DNA of 64,000 nt from Candidatus Magasanikiibacteriota bacterium. Its GTDB lineage: Bacteria > Patescibacteriota > Patescibacteriia > Magasanikbacterales > GWA2-37-8. The position numbers were made by a program, and so were the translations under genes. The stretch lies in NCBI GenBank assembly GCA_030650025.1, contig JAUSEN010000016.1, positions 9,428 to 73,427 on the forward strand. The letters are read 5' to 3'. The notes under the pieces were generated by a model. It was not told the DNA's origin, ran no database searches, and saw only the letters and a program-made list of their open reading frames with translations. Below, piece after piece: positions 9,344 through 17,853 of this stretch. The stretch's first letter is position 1. Every line of letters begins with the position of its first letter.

Positions 9344-9940
9344 ATGAAATCGAATCAGAGTGTCAGAGGATTTACTTTAATTGAGGTCATGGTGGCCGTG
9401 GCGATATCGGCTTTGTTTTTTAGCGCGGTGGCGGAGATTTTTTTGACAAGCTTTAAAACCGCCGGGCTGGTGAGCGATGAGCTCGAAGGCCAGAGTGGCG
9501 CGCGGCGCGCGGTGAATGATTTTGTGAGCCAATTTAGGCTGGCTTCATACTCGAGCGCGGGTGACTACCCCCTGAAGACAGCCAATATTAATGAAATTGT
9601 TTTTTACGCCAATATTGATAAAGATAACTTAATTGAAAAAGTGCGTTATTATTTAACGGACACTACTTTATACCGAGGGGTAACTAAACCGATTGGCAAT
9701 CCCTTGTCGTATGGGTCAGCGAGTGAAACAGCGGAGACATTGCTCGAGGGGGTGCGGCTGAATGGGAACCCTTTATTTACTTATTACCCGGCGGGTATTG
9801 CCGAGGCGCTAGTCCAGCCAGTTGATATCACGACCGTGCGCTTGGCGGGCATTTATTTGCGCGTGGATAAGAAGCCAACGGCGTCGCCGACAGCTTGGAG
9901 CGTGGCGGCCCGGGCGCAGATGCGGAATCTTAAAAATTAA
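9344..9940 (+). CDS. type IV prepilin/pseudopilin (start moved to ATG 9344: MKSNQSVRG|FTLIEV)
   Basis: A classical prepilin leader appears only if the start is taken at the CATATG ATG (9344). The track's upstream ATG at 9326 lies inside the conserved leader palindrome. Confidence 0.75.
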   Translation: MKSNQSVRGFTLIEVMVAVAISALFFSAVAEIFLTSFKTAGLVSDELEGQSGARRAVNDFVSQFRLASYSSAGDYPLKTANINEIVFYANIDKDNLIEKVRYYLTDTTLYRGVTKPIGNPLSYGSASETAETLLEGVRLNGNPLFTYYPAGIAEALVQPVDITTVRLAGIYLRVDKKPTASPTAWSVAARAQMRNLKN

Positions 9941-9950
9941 TGCTTGCTTT

Positions 9951-11339
9951 ATGAAATCAAGATTGGTTTTAAAAAATTTTATGAAGACAGCTCCCGGGAG
10001 CATTTTGTTGTACGTAATTGTTTTTGGAGCGTTGTCTTTTTCTTTTATTGTGATTGGCGTCGCGGGCTACGCGATTGGAGAGCACCGGGCGGGAGCGTAT
10101 CGGCAAAATAGCGAACTGGCCTTCCAAATCGCGGAAGCGGGGATAGAATATTATCGCTGGCATCTTAATCATGACCCCGAAGATTTTCAGGATGGTACTG
10201 GCGTAGCTGGGCCATATGTCCACGAATTTAAGAGCGGTGACGAGGTAATCGGCTACTACTCGCTTAATATTATTCCGCCCCAAGCGACTTCGTCAGTCAC
10301 GGTAGTGGAGTCCACGGGCTGGCTCGCGAGCCAGCCGCAAAGCAAACGCACTATTAGGGTTAAGCTCGGCAGTTCCAGTTTCACAGATCTGGCTAATTAC
10401 GCGTTTGTCGGCAACACGGATATTTGGGTCGGCAATGATACTATTATTAACGGGAGGATTCATTCAAATAACGGCATCCGTTTTGACGGCGTGGCCACGG
10501 CGCCGGTAACCAGCGCGGTCGCGAGCTACCAGTGCCAGCCAATCCACGGCGAAGGATGCCAAAACCAAACCAAGCCGGGCATCTGGGGGCAGGGCGGGCC
10601 ACAGTCGTTTTGGAAATTTCCCGTGGCGGCGAAAGATTTTAGCACCATCGCGTCGGACTTGGCCAATATTAAAAGTTTGGCTCAAGAGAGCGGCCTGTAC
10701 TTTTCCGCCTCGGGGCAACAAGGGTGGTATCTGCACTTTTTAACTAATGGGACATTCACCGCCGCCAAGGTGACAGCGACCGACTGTTACGCTGGCCAAG
10801 ATTTAGATGAGGAAATTGACTCGTGGTATTGCATTGACATTAAAACTACTGACACGGCCACCACTTATATTATACCTACCAGCAGTTATATTTTTGTGGA
10901 AGACACTGTTTTTGTAGATGGAGTGGTAAAGGGGCGAGTGACGATTGGGAGCGGGGCGGAGAAGTCTATTATTATAAACGATGATTTGACTTATGACGCT
11001 AAAGATGGAACCAACGCTATTGGGCTGATCGCTGATCAGCACGTGCTTTTGCCGCACGATAGCCCGGAAGATTTAGAAGTTAACGCGGTAATTTACGCGA
11101 AAAATGGGGCGGCGCGCCGCTATTATTACGCGGGCGATTTTAAGGATTCATTGCTTTTGTATGGTTCAGTAATTTCGGCTGGCACCTGGACCTGGAGCTG
11201 GATATCCAATGGCGGCGCGGTGGTGTCGGGGTACCGTTCCACCACGATAATTTATGACAGTAATTTGACCTATAATCCGCCGGGAGGGTTTTCTTTTGGC
11301 AAGGTCTATACGCCGCTATTCTGGGAAGAAGTGCGTTAA
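9951..11339 (+). CDS. PilX-like minor pilin / pilus-associated protein with N-terminal TM anchor
   Basis: The start is likely MKSRLVLKNFMKTAPGSILLYVIVFGALSF; the track ORF extends upstream into the preceding gene. Membership in the pilin cluster is the main argument. Confidence 0.5.
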   Translation: MKSRLVLKNFMKTAPGSILLYVIVFGALSFSFIVIGVAGYAIGEHRAGAYRQNSELAFQIAEAGIEYYRWHLNHDPEDFQDGTGVAGPYVHEFKSGDEVIGYYSLNIIPPQATSSVTVVESTGWLASQPQSKRTIRVKLGSSSFTDLANYAFVGNTDIWVGNDTIINGRIHSNNGIRFDGVATAPVTSAVASYQCQPIHGEGCQNQTKPGIWGQGGPQSFWKFPVAAKDFSTIASDLANIKSLAQESGLYFSASGQQGWYLHFLTNGTFTAAKVTATDCYAGQDLDEEIDSWYCIDIKTTDTATTYIIPTSSYIFVEDTVFVDGVVKGRVTIGSGAEKSIIINDDLTYDAKDGTNAIGLIADQHVLLPHDSPEDLEVNAVIYAKNGAARRYYYAGDFKDSLLLYGSVISAGTWTWSWISNGGAVVSGYRSTTIIYDSNLTYNPPGGFSFGKVYTPLFWEEVR

Positions 11340-12508
11340 ATGAGAGCGTTTAAAAATTTGTCTACGCTCATAACGCGCACATTTTTTTCTTGCCAGTCTA
11401 CATTTGGTGTTTCCACAATTTGATACAGAAAAGGAATTTTGAGACGTTGTTCAAAATAGTTCAAATTTTTAGATGGAGTGGTGTCGGATAATTTTACTTC
11501 TACCGCAAACCAGGGCTCACGATGGTGCGTAATTAAAAAATCAATTTCACGTCCGGCAACATCGCGCAAGAAAAATAATTCAACATTGTGGCCGTCGGCA
11601 TCTTTTAAATAATGTACGAATTTCAACAAATGCGAAGCGACAATATTTTCTAGCCGCGCCGCGCTGTTTTCTAAAACCGACCAATCCCATAAATATAGTT
11701 TAGGTTCTTTACGCAGACTTTTTATGGCGGTTGCTTGGTATGGATAAATGCGATAATGGTAGTAAAAACGTTCTAAAATTTCCACCCAGTGGGCGATAGT
11801 TTTGTGTGTTACCCCCAGATCTTCGCGCAAACTGTTAAGAGAAAAAAGCGCTCCTACTTTAGAAGGCAACAATTCGTTAAGAACCTGTAAGCTAGATAAA
11901 TCGCGAACTAATTCCACGTCGCGAATGTCATCTTCGATCAGACGATCCAAGCGTTCGTTCTGCCAACGCCGCAAATGGCGCTCATCTTTGGTAAATAAAG
12001 GTTCGGGGAATCCGCCCCATTTAAATAAACTATCATAAGCCGATCGAGAGTTGAGAGACGAAAAGCTAAGGCTCTTTCCGACAATGATGTTGGGAGTTAA
12101 ATTGAGCAGTTCGGCAATGGAAAAAGGGTGTAAGCGAAAATAATGGTAACGACCCATTAAGGAGTCGCCCCCGTGACGATACAAATCTAGGCGGGCGCTG
12201 CCGGTAATAAGTAAGGCATATTTTTGGTTGTTTGTGTCATACAGACCTTTTAAGTAATTTTTCCATTGGCGATATTTATGAAGTTCATCAAAAATAACGA
12301 GACGGGAATCGCCCATAAATTGTTGTTTTAATATTCTTTGACGGTCAGCACGGTTGTCCCAATTTAGATAATCGCTTGGTGTTAGGGCGTTGTTGCCAAT
12401 AGAATGGGCAAGCGTAGTTTTACCTACTTGTCGGGGGCCGCCCACAAATACCATTTTTTTGTCTAAATCATTGGCGATTATTTTTTCCAGATAGCGTTTT
12501 ATATGCAT
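11336..12508 (-). CDS. AAA+ ATPase (DUF4143-type)
   Basis: Walker A VFVGGPRQVGKTTLAH and overall architecture typical of the ATPase_AAA + DUF4143 family. Confidence 0.75.
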   Translation of the reverse strand: MHIKRYLEKIIANDLDKKMVFVGGPRQVGKTTLAHSIGNNALTPSDYLNWDNRADRQRILKQQFMGDSRLVIFDELHKYRQWKNYLKGLYDTNNQKYALLITGSARLDLYRHGGDSLMGRYHYFRLHPFSIAELLNLTPNIIVGKSLSFSSLNSRSAYDSLFKWGGFPEPLFTKDERHLRRWQNERLDRLIEDDIRDVELVRDLSSLQVLNELLPSKVGALFSLNSLREDLGVTHKTIAHWVEILERFYYHYRIYPYQATAIKSLRKEPKLYLWDWSVLENSAARLENIVASHLLKFVHYLKDADGHNVELFFLRDVAGREIDFLITHHREPWFAVEVKLSDTTPSKNLNYFEQRLKIPFLYQIVETPNVDWQEKNVRVMSVDKFLNALI

Positions 12509-12703
12509 AAGTTAGCGGAAATTTAGTTAAATACAAAGATATTATACCGAAGTATAAAAAGTTTGTCAAGTTTTTGTACTTTGGTAGAAAATGTTGATTC
12601 CATAATTCAGGTATAAAAATTGGTTGCTGACATTCCGGAATTTTGTTATACTAGTCTAAGAGGAACGGTATTTAAGTTTCGCCAATTTTTAAAAAAATGA
12701 GGT

Positions 12704-12742
12704 GGCTCCGCGCGAGCGGAGTGAATTTTTGACAAAATTCAT
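12704..12742 (+). promoter_or_regulatory. leader module: GC hairpin (ctccgc-GCGA-gcggag) + palindrome TGAATTTT-tgac-AAAATTCA abutting the galU start codon
   Basis: Seen in sequence; same architecture at five other start codons (findings). Confidence 0.6.
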
Positions 12743-13609
12743 ATGCAAATAGTCCGTAAAGCCGTGATTCCGGTGGCGGGGTTTGGTACCAGGTTCTTGC
12801 CGGTGACTAAAGCCAGCCCTAAAGAAATGCTCCCGGTGGTGGACAAGCCCGTGGTGCAATATGTGGTGGAGGAGCTGGTCGCGTCCGGAATTACGGATAT
12901 TATTTTGGTTACCGGCGCGAGTAAAAGGGCGGTGGAGGACCACTTTGATTATAATTTTGAACTGCAAGCCTGGTTAAAAAAACAAGGCAAGTTAAAAGAA
13001 GAGCAAGAAGTGCGCCACATTGCCGAGATGGCGAATTTTATTTATATCCGCCAAAAAGGGAACTATGGCAATGGCACGCCGTTAATTTGCGCGAAAGATG
13101 TGGTGGGGAACGAGCCGTTTGTTTATATTTGGGGAGATGAGTTTGTGGGAGCGAATCCGCCGAGAGTGAAACAATGCTTGGACGTTTTTTATAAATATGG
13201 CGACCCGGTGGTGGCGGGCGTGCGCGTGCCCAAAAAAGACGTTAGCAAATATGGAATTGTTGAGGTGACAAAATTGGAAAAGAATATATATCAAATTTTT
13301 TCTTTTATTGAAAAACCCACTCCGCGCGAGGCGCCCTCAAATTTGGCGGCTCTCGGCTGTTATATTTTAACGCCCGATGTTTTTGATAATATTAAAAATA
13401 TTAAACCTGGCAAAAGTGGCGAGGTGTGGATTGTGGATTTGGTCAGCCGGCTCATGAAAAAGCGTCCGTTTTACGCCTGCGAAATTGCCAACGGCACTTA
13501 CTATGACACAGGTTCTAAACTTGGTTGGTTAAAAGCGAACGTGGATTTTGCTTTGCGCGACCCGCAGTTAAAGACAGAGTTTAAAAAATATTTGCGAAGC
13601 GTGGTATGA
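12743..13609 (+). CDS. galU: UTP--glucose-1-phosphate uridylyltransferase
   Basis: N-terminal AVIPVAGFGTRFLPVTKASPKEMLPVVDKPVVQYVVEE is the GalU signature. Confidence 0.9.
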   Translation: MQIVRKAVIPVAGFGTRFLPVTKASPKEMLPVVDKPVVQYVVEELVASGITDIILVTGASKRAVEDHFDYNFELQAWLKKQGKLKEEQEVRHIAEMANFIYIRQKGNYGNGTPLICAKDVVGNEPFVYIWGDEFVGANPPRVKQCLDVFYKYGDPVVAGVRVPKKDVSKYGIVEVTKLEKNIYQIFSFIEKPTPREAPSNLAALGCYILTPDVFDNIKNIKPGKSGEVWIVDLVSRLMKKRPFYACEIANGTYYDTGSKLGWLKANVDFALRDPQLKTEFKKYLRSVV

Positions 13610-14997
13610 AAATGGGGAATCGATTTTTAGCGATATTTTTAATAGCAAGCATTTTCTTGACTCTCGGTTTTGGTTGTAAAGGTTTATCGACGGCCGAGGT
13701 CGCCGCGACTAAGCCGGTAACTTTGGAAATGTGGACGTCCTACGATGATGTGGACGCGCTCCAAGGTATTCTTACTAAATATAGAGCGCTCCGGCCTTAT
13801 TTAAAAGTCAACATTCGGCAAATGTCGCCGAGCGATATGTATACCCGTTTGGTAGAAGAGTTGGCCGAGGATCGCGGGCCGGATATAATCTCGATTAATA
13901 GCCGCACGCTCGGCCTATATGTAAGCAAGCTTTCGGCTCTGCCGCCTACCGCCAAGGACATAACGGTTTTAGTAGAAAAGGGAACGCTCGGAACCAACAC
14001 CACGGTGTCGGAACATACGGTGAATTTGCCAACCGCGGCCCAGATTGATGATAACTTTGTGCAGGCGGTGGGCAAAAGCGTGGTTCGGGGCGGGAGCGCT
14101 TACGGCCTGCCATTGTCTTTGGATACGATGGCGATTTATTATAATAAGGACTTGTTGGACCGCTCGGGCGTGCCCGAGCCGCCGAAGACTTGGGACGATT
14201 TCCAAGTGGCGGCCAAGAAAATTACTAAATATAACCGCGCCGACAACAGCATTATTCAGGCCGGAGCGGCCCTCGGCACTGGCAATAATGTCCCGAATAG
14301 CGATGATTTGCTTTATATTTTATTAAAACAGAGTGATATAGATTTTACCAGCCGCTCGGGCCAGGCGGTATTTAACATGCCGCCCTCTGGCAACCGCCGC
14401 GAAGAGCCGCCGGCAGTTTCGGTGATTAATTTCTACACGGATTTTGCCAACCCAGGGCGCGACACTTATAGCTGGAGCGAGAATATGCCGAACGCTCTCG
14501 ATGCCTTTGTAAACGGGCAGGTTGGCTTTTTCTTTGGGTTTAGCTATTATAACAGTATTATTCGGGGGCGGGCGCCACAGCTTAACTACCGAATTTTGCC
14601 GCTTTTGCAGTTGAACCCGGACAAACCAGTGAACGCGGCTAATTTCTCGATGCTCTCGGTGGTAAACAAGAGCAAAAATAAGGACGCGGCCTTTGCCTTG
14701 ATCCAGTACCTTACTTATTCCGAAGCCACTAAAGATTATTTAGCCGCTACCAAGCGGCCAACCGCCGTGCGCTCTTTAATCGCCGCCCAAAAAGAAGACG
14801 CTAGTTTGGAGCCGTTTGTGAGCCAGGTTTTGGTGGCCGAAAGCTGGTACACGGGCAGTAATTATTCGGCCGCGACCAAAGCGCTGGTTGATATGTTTCA
14901 CGAATGGCTCTTGCCGCCGCCCGATCCGAACCGCCCCGAGCAATGGCGGGGCGATGTCTTGAACCGCGCGGCCGCGAAAATTAACCAGACAATTTAA
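13606..14997 (+). CDS. ABC transporter extracellular solute-binding protein (family 1, sugar-type)
   Basis: Signal peptide/lipobox (LGFGCKG); size and composition fit family 1 SBPs. Confidence 0.65.
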   Translation: MKMGNRFLAIFLIASIFLTLGFGCKGLSTAEVAATKPVTLEMWTSYDDVDALQGILTKYRALRPYLKVNIRQMSPSDMYTRLVEELAEDRGPDIISINSRTLGLYVSKLSALPPTAKDITVLVEKGTLGTNTTVSEHTVNLPTAAQIDDNFVQAVGKSVVRGGSAYGLPLSLDTMAIYYNKDLLDRSGVPEPPKTWDDFQVAAKKITKYNRADNSIIQAGAALGTGNNVPNSDDLLYILLKQSDIDFTSRSGQAVFNMPPSGNRREEPPAVSVINFYTDFANPGRDTYSWSENMPNALDAFVNGQVGFFFGFSYYNSIIRGRAPQLNYRILPLLQLNPDKPVNAANFSMLSVVNKSKNKDAAFALIQYLTYSEATKDYLAATKRPTAVRSLIAAQKEDASLEPFVSQVLVAESWYTGSNYSAATKALVDMFHEWLLPPPDPNRPEQWRGDVLNRAAAKINQTI

Positions 14998-15012
14998 ATG
15001 CCATTAATTATA

Positions 15013-15136
15013 GATTCGTTGTCATTCCGACGACGAAGCCTGCCCGACACGCTGACGCGAGTCATGCGGGCGAGGAGGAATCTCTGTCATCATGACCGGA
15101 GAGAGATCTCTCCTGCGACGTCGAGATGACAAAATG
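15013..15136. repeat. structured ~115-bp intergenic repeat, copy 1
   Basis: A 69-nt stretch (tgtcattccgacgacgaagcctgcccgacacgctgacgcgagtcatgcgggcgaggaggaatctctgtc) is identical to 24433-24546, and the 3' arm ...gagagagatctctcctgcg.cgtcgagatgacaa is conserved; outer arms (gtcattccgacgacg / cgtcgtcgagatgac) are complementary. Confidence 0.65.
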
Positions 15137-15181
15137 GGTTAAATGTAATGCGGGATGATTTATTAAATTTTTCTTGGTGGT

Positions 15182-15871
15182 ATGAGTTTGAAAAAATTAT
15201 TACTAGGGGCGAGCCTCGGAATGATGGTGTTAAGTTTGGCAATGCCAACCGCTCCGGCTCTAGCTGATAACAAGTTTTGTTTTTGCGGAACTGATTTAAA
15301 AAAATTTCCGGAGACGGGCGATTTGAATGATTCGCAAAAATATAATTCTTGGTGCTTTCCTAACCAGATCCCCGAAGAAAAGTGCACGGCTACAATTTAT
15401 AAAGCCGAGGCACGGGCCCAGGCGCAGTTAGTGAAGTGCGACGTTTTTACGACGCAACAACAATGCAAACAGGCGGAAACAGACTGGAATACGGCATTTA
15501 CCATACTCTATAATTCGCGCCAGAACGAGGTTTTTAAAAATACGATGCAGGGGTCGGGCGGGCGAGCCTTGCCGGATTGCGTTTTGAAGGACGATTTGAC
15601 CGAAGACTGCCGCGATATCACGGTCTTGGTCGCTTTGGTAGTTAATTATGGGCGGGTAAGCCTTGGCATTATTGGGGCGTTTGCTTTGTGCTTTTTTATT
15701 TACGGCGGGTTTATTTTAATAATGTCGAGCGGCAACCCGGAAAAGGTTAAGAAAGGCACGGACACGATGCTGGCCGCGCTAATCGGCCTTTTTATCGCCT
15801 TTGTGGCTTACTTATTTATCCGCTTTTTGGGCACGGCCATTGGCATCAAAGAGCAATTTAGGTTGTTTTAG
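15182..15871 (+). CDS. VirB2/TrbC-like pilin-module protein, paralog 1 (signal peptide + Cys-containing ectodomain + 2-TM C-terminal module)
   Basis: C-terminal ...FIYGGFILIMSSGNPEKVKKGTDTMLAALIGLFIAFVAYLF matches the module shared by 11 paralogs in this window. Confidence 0.6.
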   Translation: MSLKKLLLGASLGMMVLSLAMPTAPALADNKFCFCGTDLKKFPETGDLNDSQKYNSWCFPNQIPEEKCTATIYKAEARAQAQLVKCDVFTTQQQCKQAETDWNTAFTILYNSRQNEVFKNTMQGSGGRALPDCVLKDDLTEDCRDITVLVALVVNYGRVSLGIIGAFALCFFIYGGFILIMSSGNPEKVKKGTDTMLAALIGLFIAFVAYLFIRFLGTAIGIKEQFRLF

Positions 15872-15875
15872 TTTT

Positions 15876-16868
15876 ATGATGAAGAAGTTTTTGATTTTAT
15901 TAGCGGTGCTAGGAGCTTTTTTATTATACCGGCCTTCTCCGGCGCAGGCGGCGGCGTGTGTTTGCGACCAAGGGGTACAAGAAGGAGTTCCAACAAATAA
16001 CTCTTGCCTTACCTTGACCCAGAAAGGCAATTTGACTGGTTGCAAATGGGTAGAGCAGGAGACAAATTATTGCGTTTGTAAAACCGTCATTGCCTCGCCA
16101 GACGGCCTTAATGATGCGTCGTGCACGCAAAAACTGTATTATGCAAGCGCATTTTACCAGGGGAGATTACTAGGAATAGCTTGCGACGCTGACTTTAACC
16201 CCGCCCTGCAAGTTGGCTGTGATGATTTTTGCGAATCCTTGGGGCCCAATTCTAAAAAAATATATTGCGGCAACGAAGCGGGGAAAGATGAAGTCGATAA
16301 TACGCCGATTAACCAAGCCAAGGGCTGTGCGCCCATTCACTGCTGGTGTGGCAACCCGGCTGGGTATTGCACGCACGATACCGTAAAGCCCAATGGCGGC
16401 AGTTTTTACGACAGACCTTCTTGCAATAAATATTGCGATGATAAAAATGTGAATGGCGAGACGGGGTGGAAGTCCACTCACTGGGATGATAAGTATACTA
16501 ATTATTATAAAATTCCGGTGTCTAATAACGGCTGTTTGTACGAGATCCCCCGGCCAAAAATTAGTCCTTATGATTTTACCGGTAATATAAAGCTGAACGC
16601 CATAAACTTAAACCCGCTTACCAAATTTCGCGGACCCCAGGATTTTCTCGGCAATGCTATTCGCGTAATTCTGTCTCTCATTGGCGCCTTGGTGTTGGTC
16701 ATGTATATTTATGGCGGGCTCCTCTGGATGACAGCGGCGGGCAATAGCGAACAAACCGGCAAAGCCAAACAGATTTTGGTGTGGTCCACGCTCGGGGTGG
16801 CGGTCATGCTCTCGAGCTATGTCTTGGTAACATTCTTGTTTAGAGACGTGCTTAAGTTAACGATTTAA
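15876..16868 (+). CDS. pilin-module paralog 2 with ~280-aa Cys-rich ectodomain
   Basis: Start reassigned to MMKKFLILLAVLG (15876). About 26 Cys in the ectodomain; C-terminal IYGGLLWMTAAGNSEQTGKAKQIL... module. Confidence 0.6.
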   Translation: MMKKFLILLAVLGAFLLYRPSPAQAAACVCDQGVQEGVPTNNSCLTLTQKGNLTGCKWVEQETNYCVCKTVIASPDGLNDASCTQKLYYASAFYQGRLLGIACDADFNPALQVGCDDFCESLGPNSKKIYCGNEAGKDEVDNTPINQAKGCAPIHCWCGNPAGYCTHDTVKPNGGSFYDRPSCNKYCDDKNVNGETGWKSTHWDDKYTNYYKIPVSNNGCLYEIPRPKISPYDFTGNIKLNAINLNPLTKFRGPQDFLGNAIRVILSLIGALVLVMYIYGGLLWMTAAGNSEQTGKAKQILVWSTLGVAVMLSSYVLVTFLFRDVLKLTI

Positions 16869-16870
16869 TT

Positions 16871-17785
16871 ATGAAGAAATTTTTGGTAGTAGCGGTGATG
16901 GCACTCGGCATAGCCGGAATTTGGGGCGTAGCGACTGCCCGCGCGCAAGTAGGCTGCGCGGATAACCGCGGGTGCGCGCCAGGCGATGTTTGTATTAATA
17001 ATGTTTGCAAACCGGCAGTGGCCGATGGCCAGGTGTGTGTTAACAGCCAAGAGTGTTTGTCGGGGCGGTGCGTGAGTGGAATTTGCAAATCACCGGGCCA
17101 AGTGGGCGAGGCCTGTACCGAGGATGGCGAGTGTGTTACGAACAATTGTTTTGACGGTTTGTGCGGCCAGAAAGCCGAATGCAACGCGGATGGTGATTGC
17201 GGCGCGGGGAGGACGTGCACGCAGAATAAGTGCGTGGAAACATTTTCGACCGAGCCGCCGGCTCCGCCTCCGTCAGGGGATAGTGGCGGGCTAAGCCAGT
17301 GCCAAGATGAAAAAGGCTGCCCGGCTGGGCAAGTCTGTGTTGACCATGTCTGCCGCGTGCCTGTGGGGACTTCTGATTCTGGCAAACCGGTAGTAAATAG
17401 GTATTGTTTAAAAGACGACATGTGCCAGCCGATGGATCCGGTGAACGGCTGCCCGGCTGGCTGGGCGCCTAAACCCAAGTGCCCCTGCCCGAATAGCGAC
17501 AGCGGCGCGGAGTGCATTCCGCTCGAGAATCCGCTCGCCGGCAACACCGTGGATATTTTTGGAATCTTCGGCCGGATCTTGCGCGTGGCGCTTGGCTTAA
17601 TTGGTTCCCTTACGCTTTTAATGCTGGTGTGGGGAGGGTTCCAATGGATGATGTCGGGCGGGAGCCCGGAGCGCATCAAGAAGGGTACGGACACGATGCT
17701 CTGGGCCGCGATTGGAGTGGTACTAGTATTCGCCAGCTATTTCATTTTGAGTAATTTTGTAGACTATTTAACTGGCGTTCAATAG
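16871..17785 (+). CDS. pilin-module paralog 3 with five tandem 4-Cys modules
   Basis: Repeats such as CADNRGCAPGDVCINNVC, CVNSQECLSGRCVSGIC and CTEDGECVTNNCFDGLC; C-terminal VWGGFQWMMSGGSPERIKKGTDTML module. Confidence 0.6.
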   Translation: MKKFLVVAVMALGIAGIWGVATARAQVGCADNRGCAPGDVCINNVCKPAVADGQVCVNSQECLSGRCVSGICKSPGQVGEACTEDGECVTNNCFDGLCGQKAECNADGDCGAGRTCTQNKCVETFSTEPPAPPPSGDSGGLSQCQDEKGCPAGQVCVDHVCRVPVGTSDSGKPVVNRYCLKDDMCQPMDPVNGCPAGWAPKPKCPCPNSDSGAECIPLENPLAGNTVDIFGIFGRILRVALGLIGSLTLLMLVWGGFQWMMSGGSPERIKKGTDTMLWAAIGVVLVFASYFILSNFVDYLTGVQ

Positions 17786-17790
17786 GAATT

Positions 17791-17801
17791 TGTGGTATAA
17801 T
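17791..17801 (+). promoter_or_regulatory. extended -10 promoter (tgtggtataat) for paralog 4
   Basis: TGnTATAAT lies about 55 nt upstream of the strong SD gggaggtga and ATG 17854. Confidence 0.4.
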
Positions 17802-17853
17802 AGATTTTAGCTATGTTGACGTTATTATTAAACATAGGAAGGGAGGTGACACT

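Noticed and set aside
9822-9950. Upstream 43 codons of track ORF 9822-11339 overlapping the preceding pilin gene
   Set aside because: The Arg/Cys-rich translation overlaps a real gene; a TM-anchored N-terminus begins at ATG 9951.
16852-17694. 280-aa antisense ORF opposite the Cys-rich pilin paralog 3
   Set aside because: GC-rich Cys codons read antisense give long open frames; the sense gene has a signal peptide and the conserved module.
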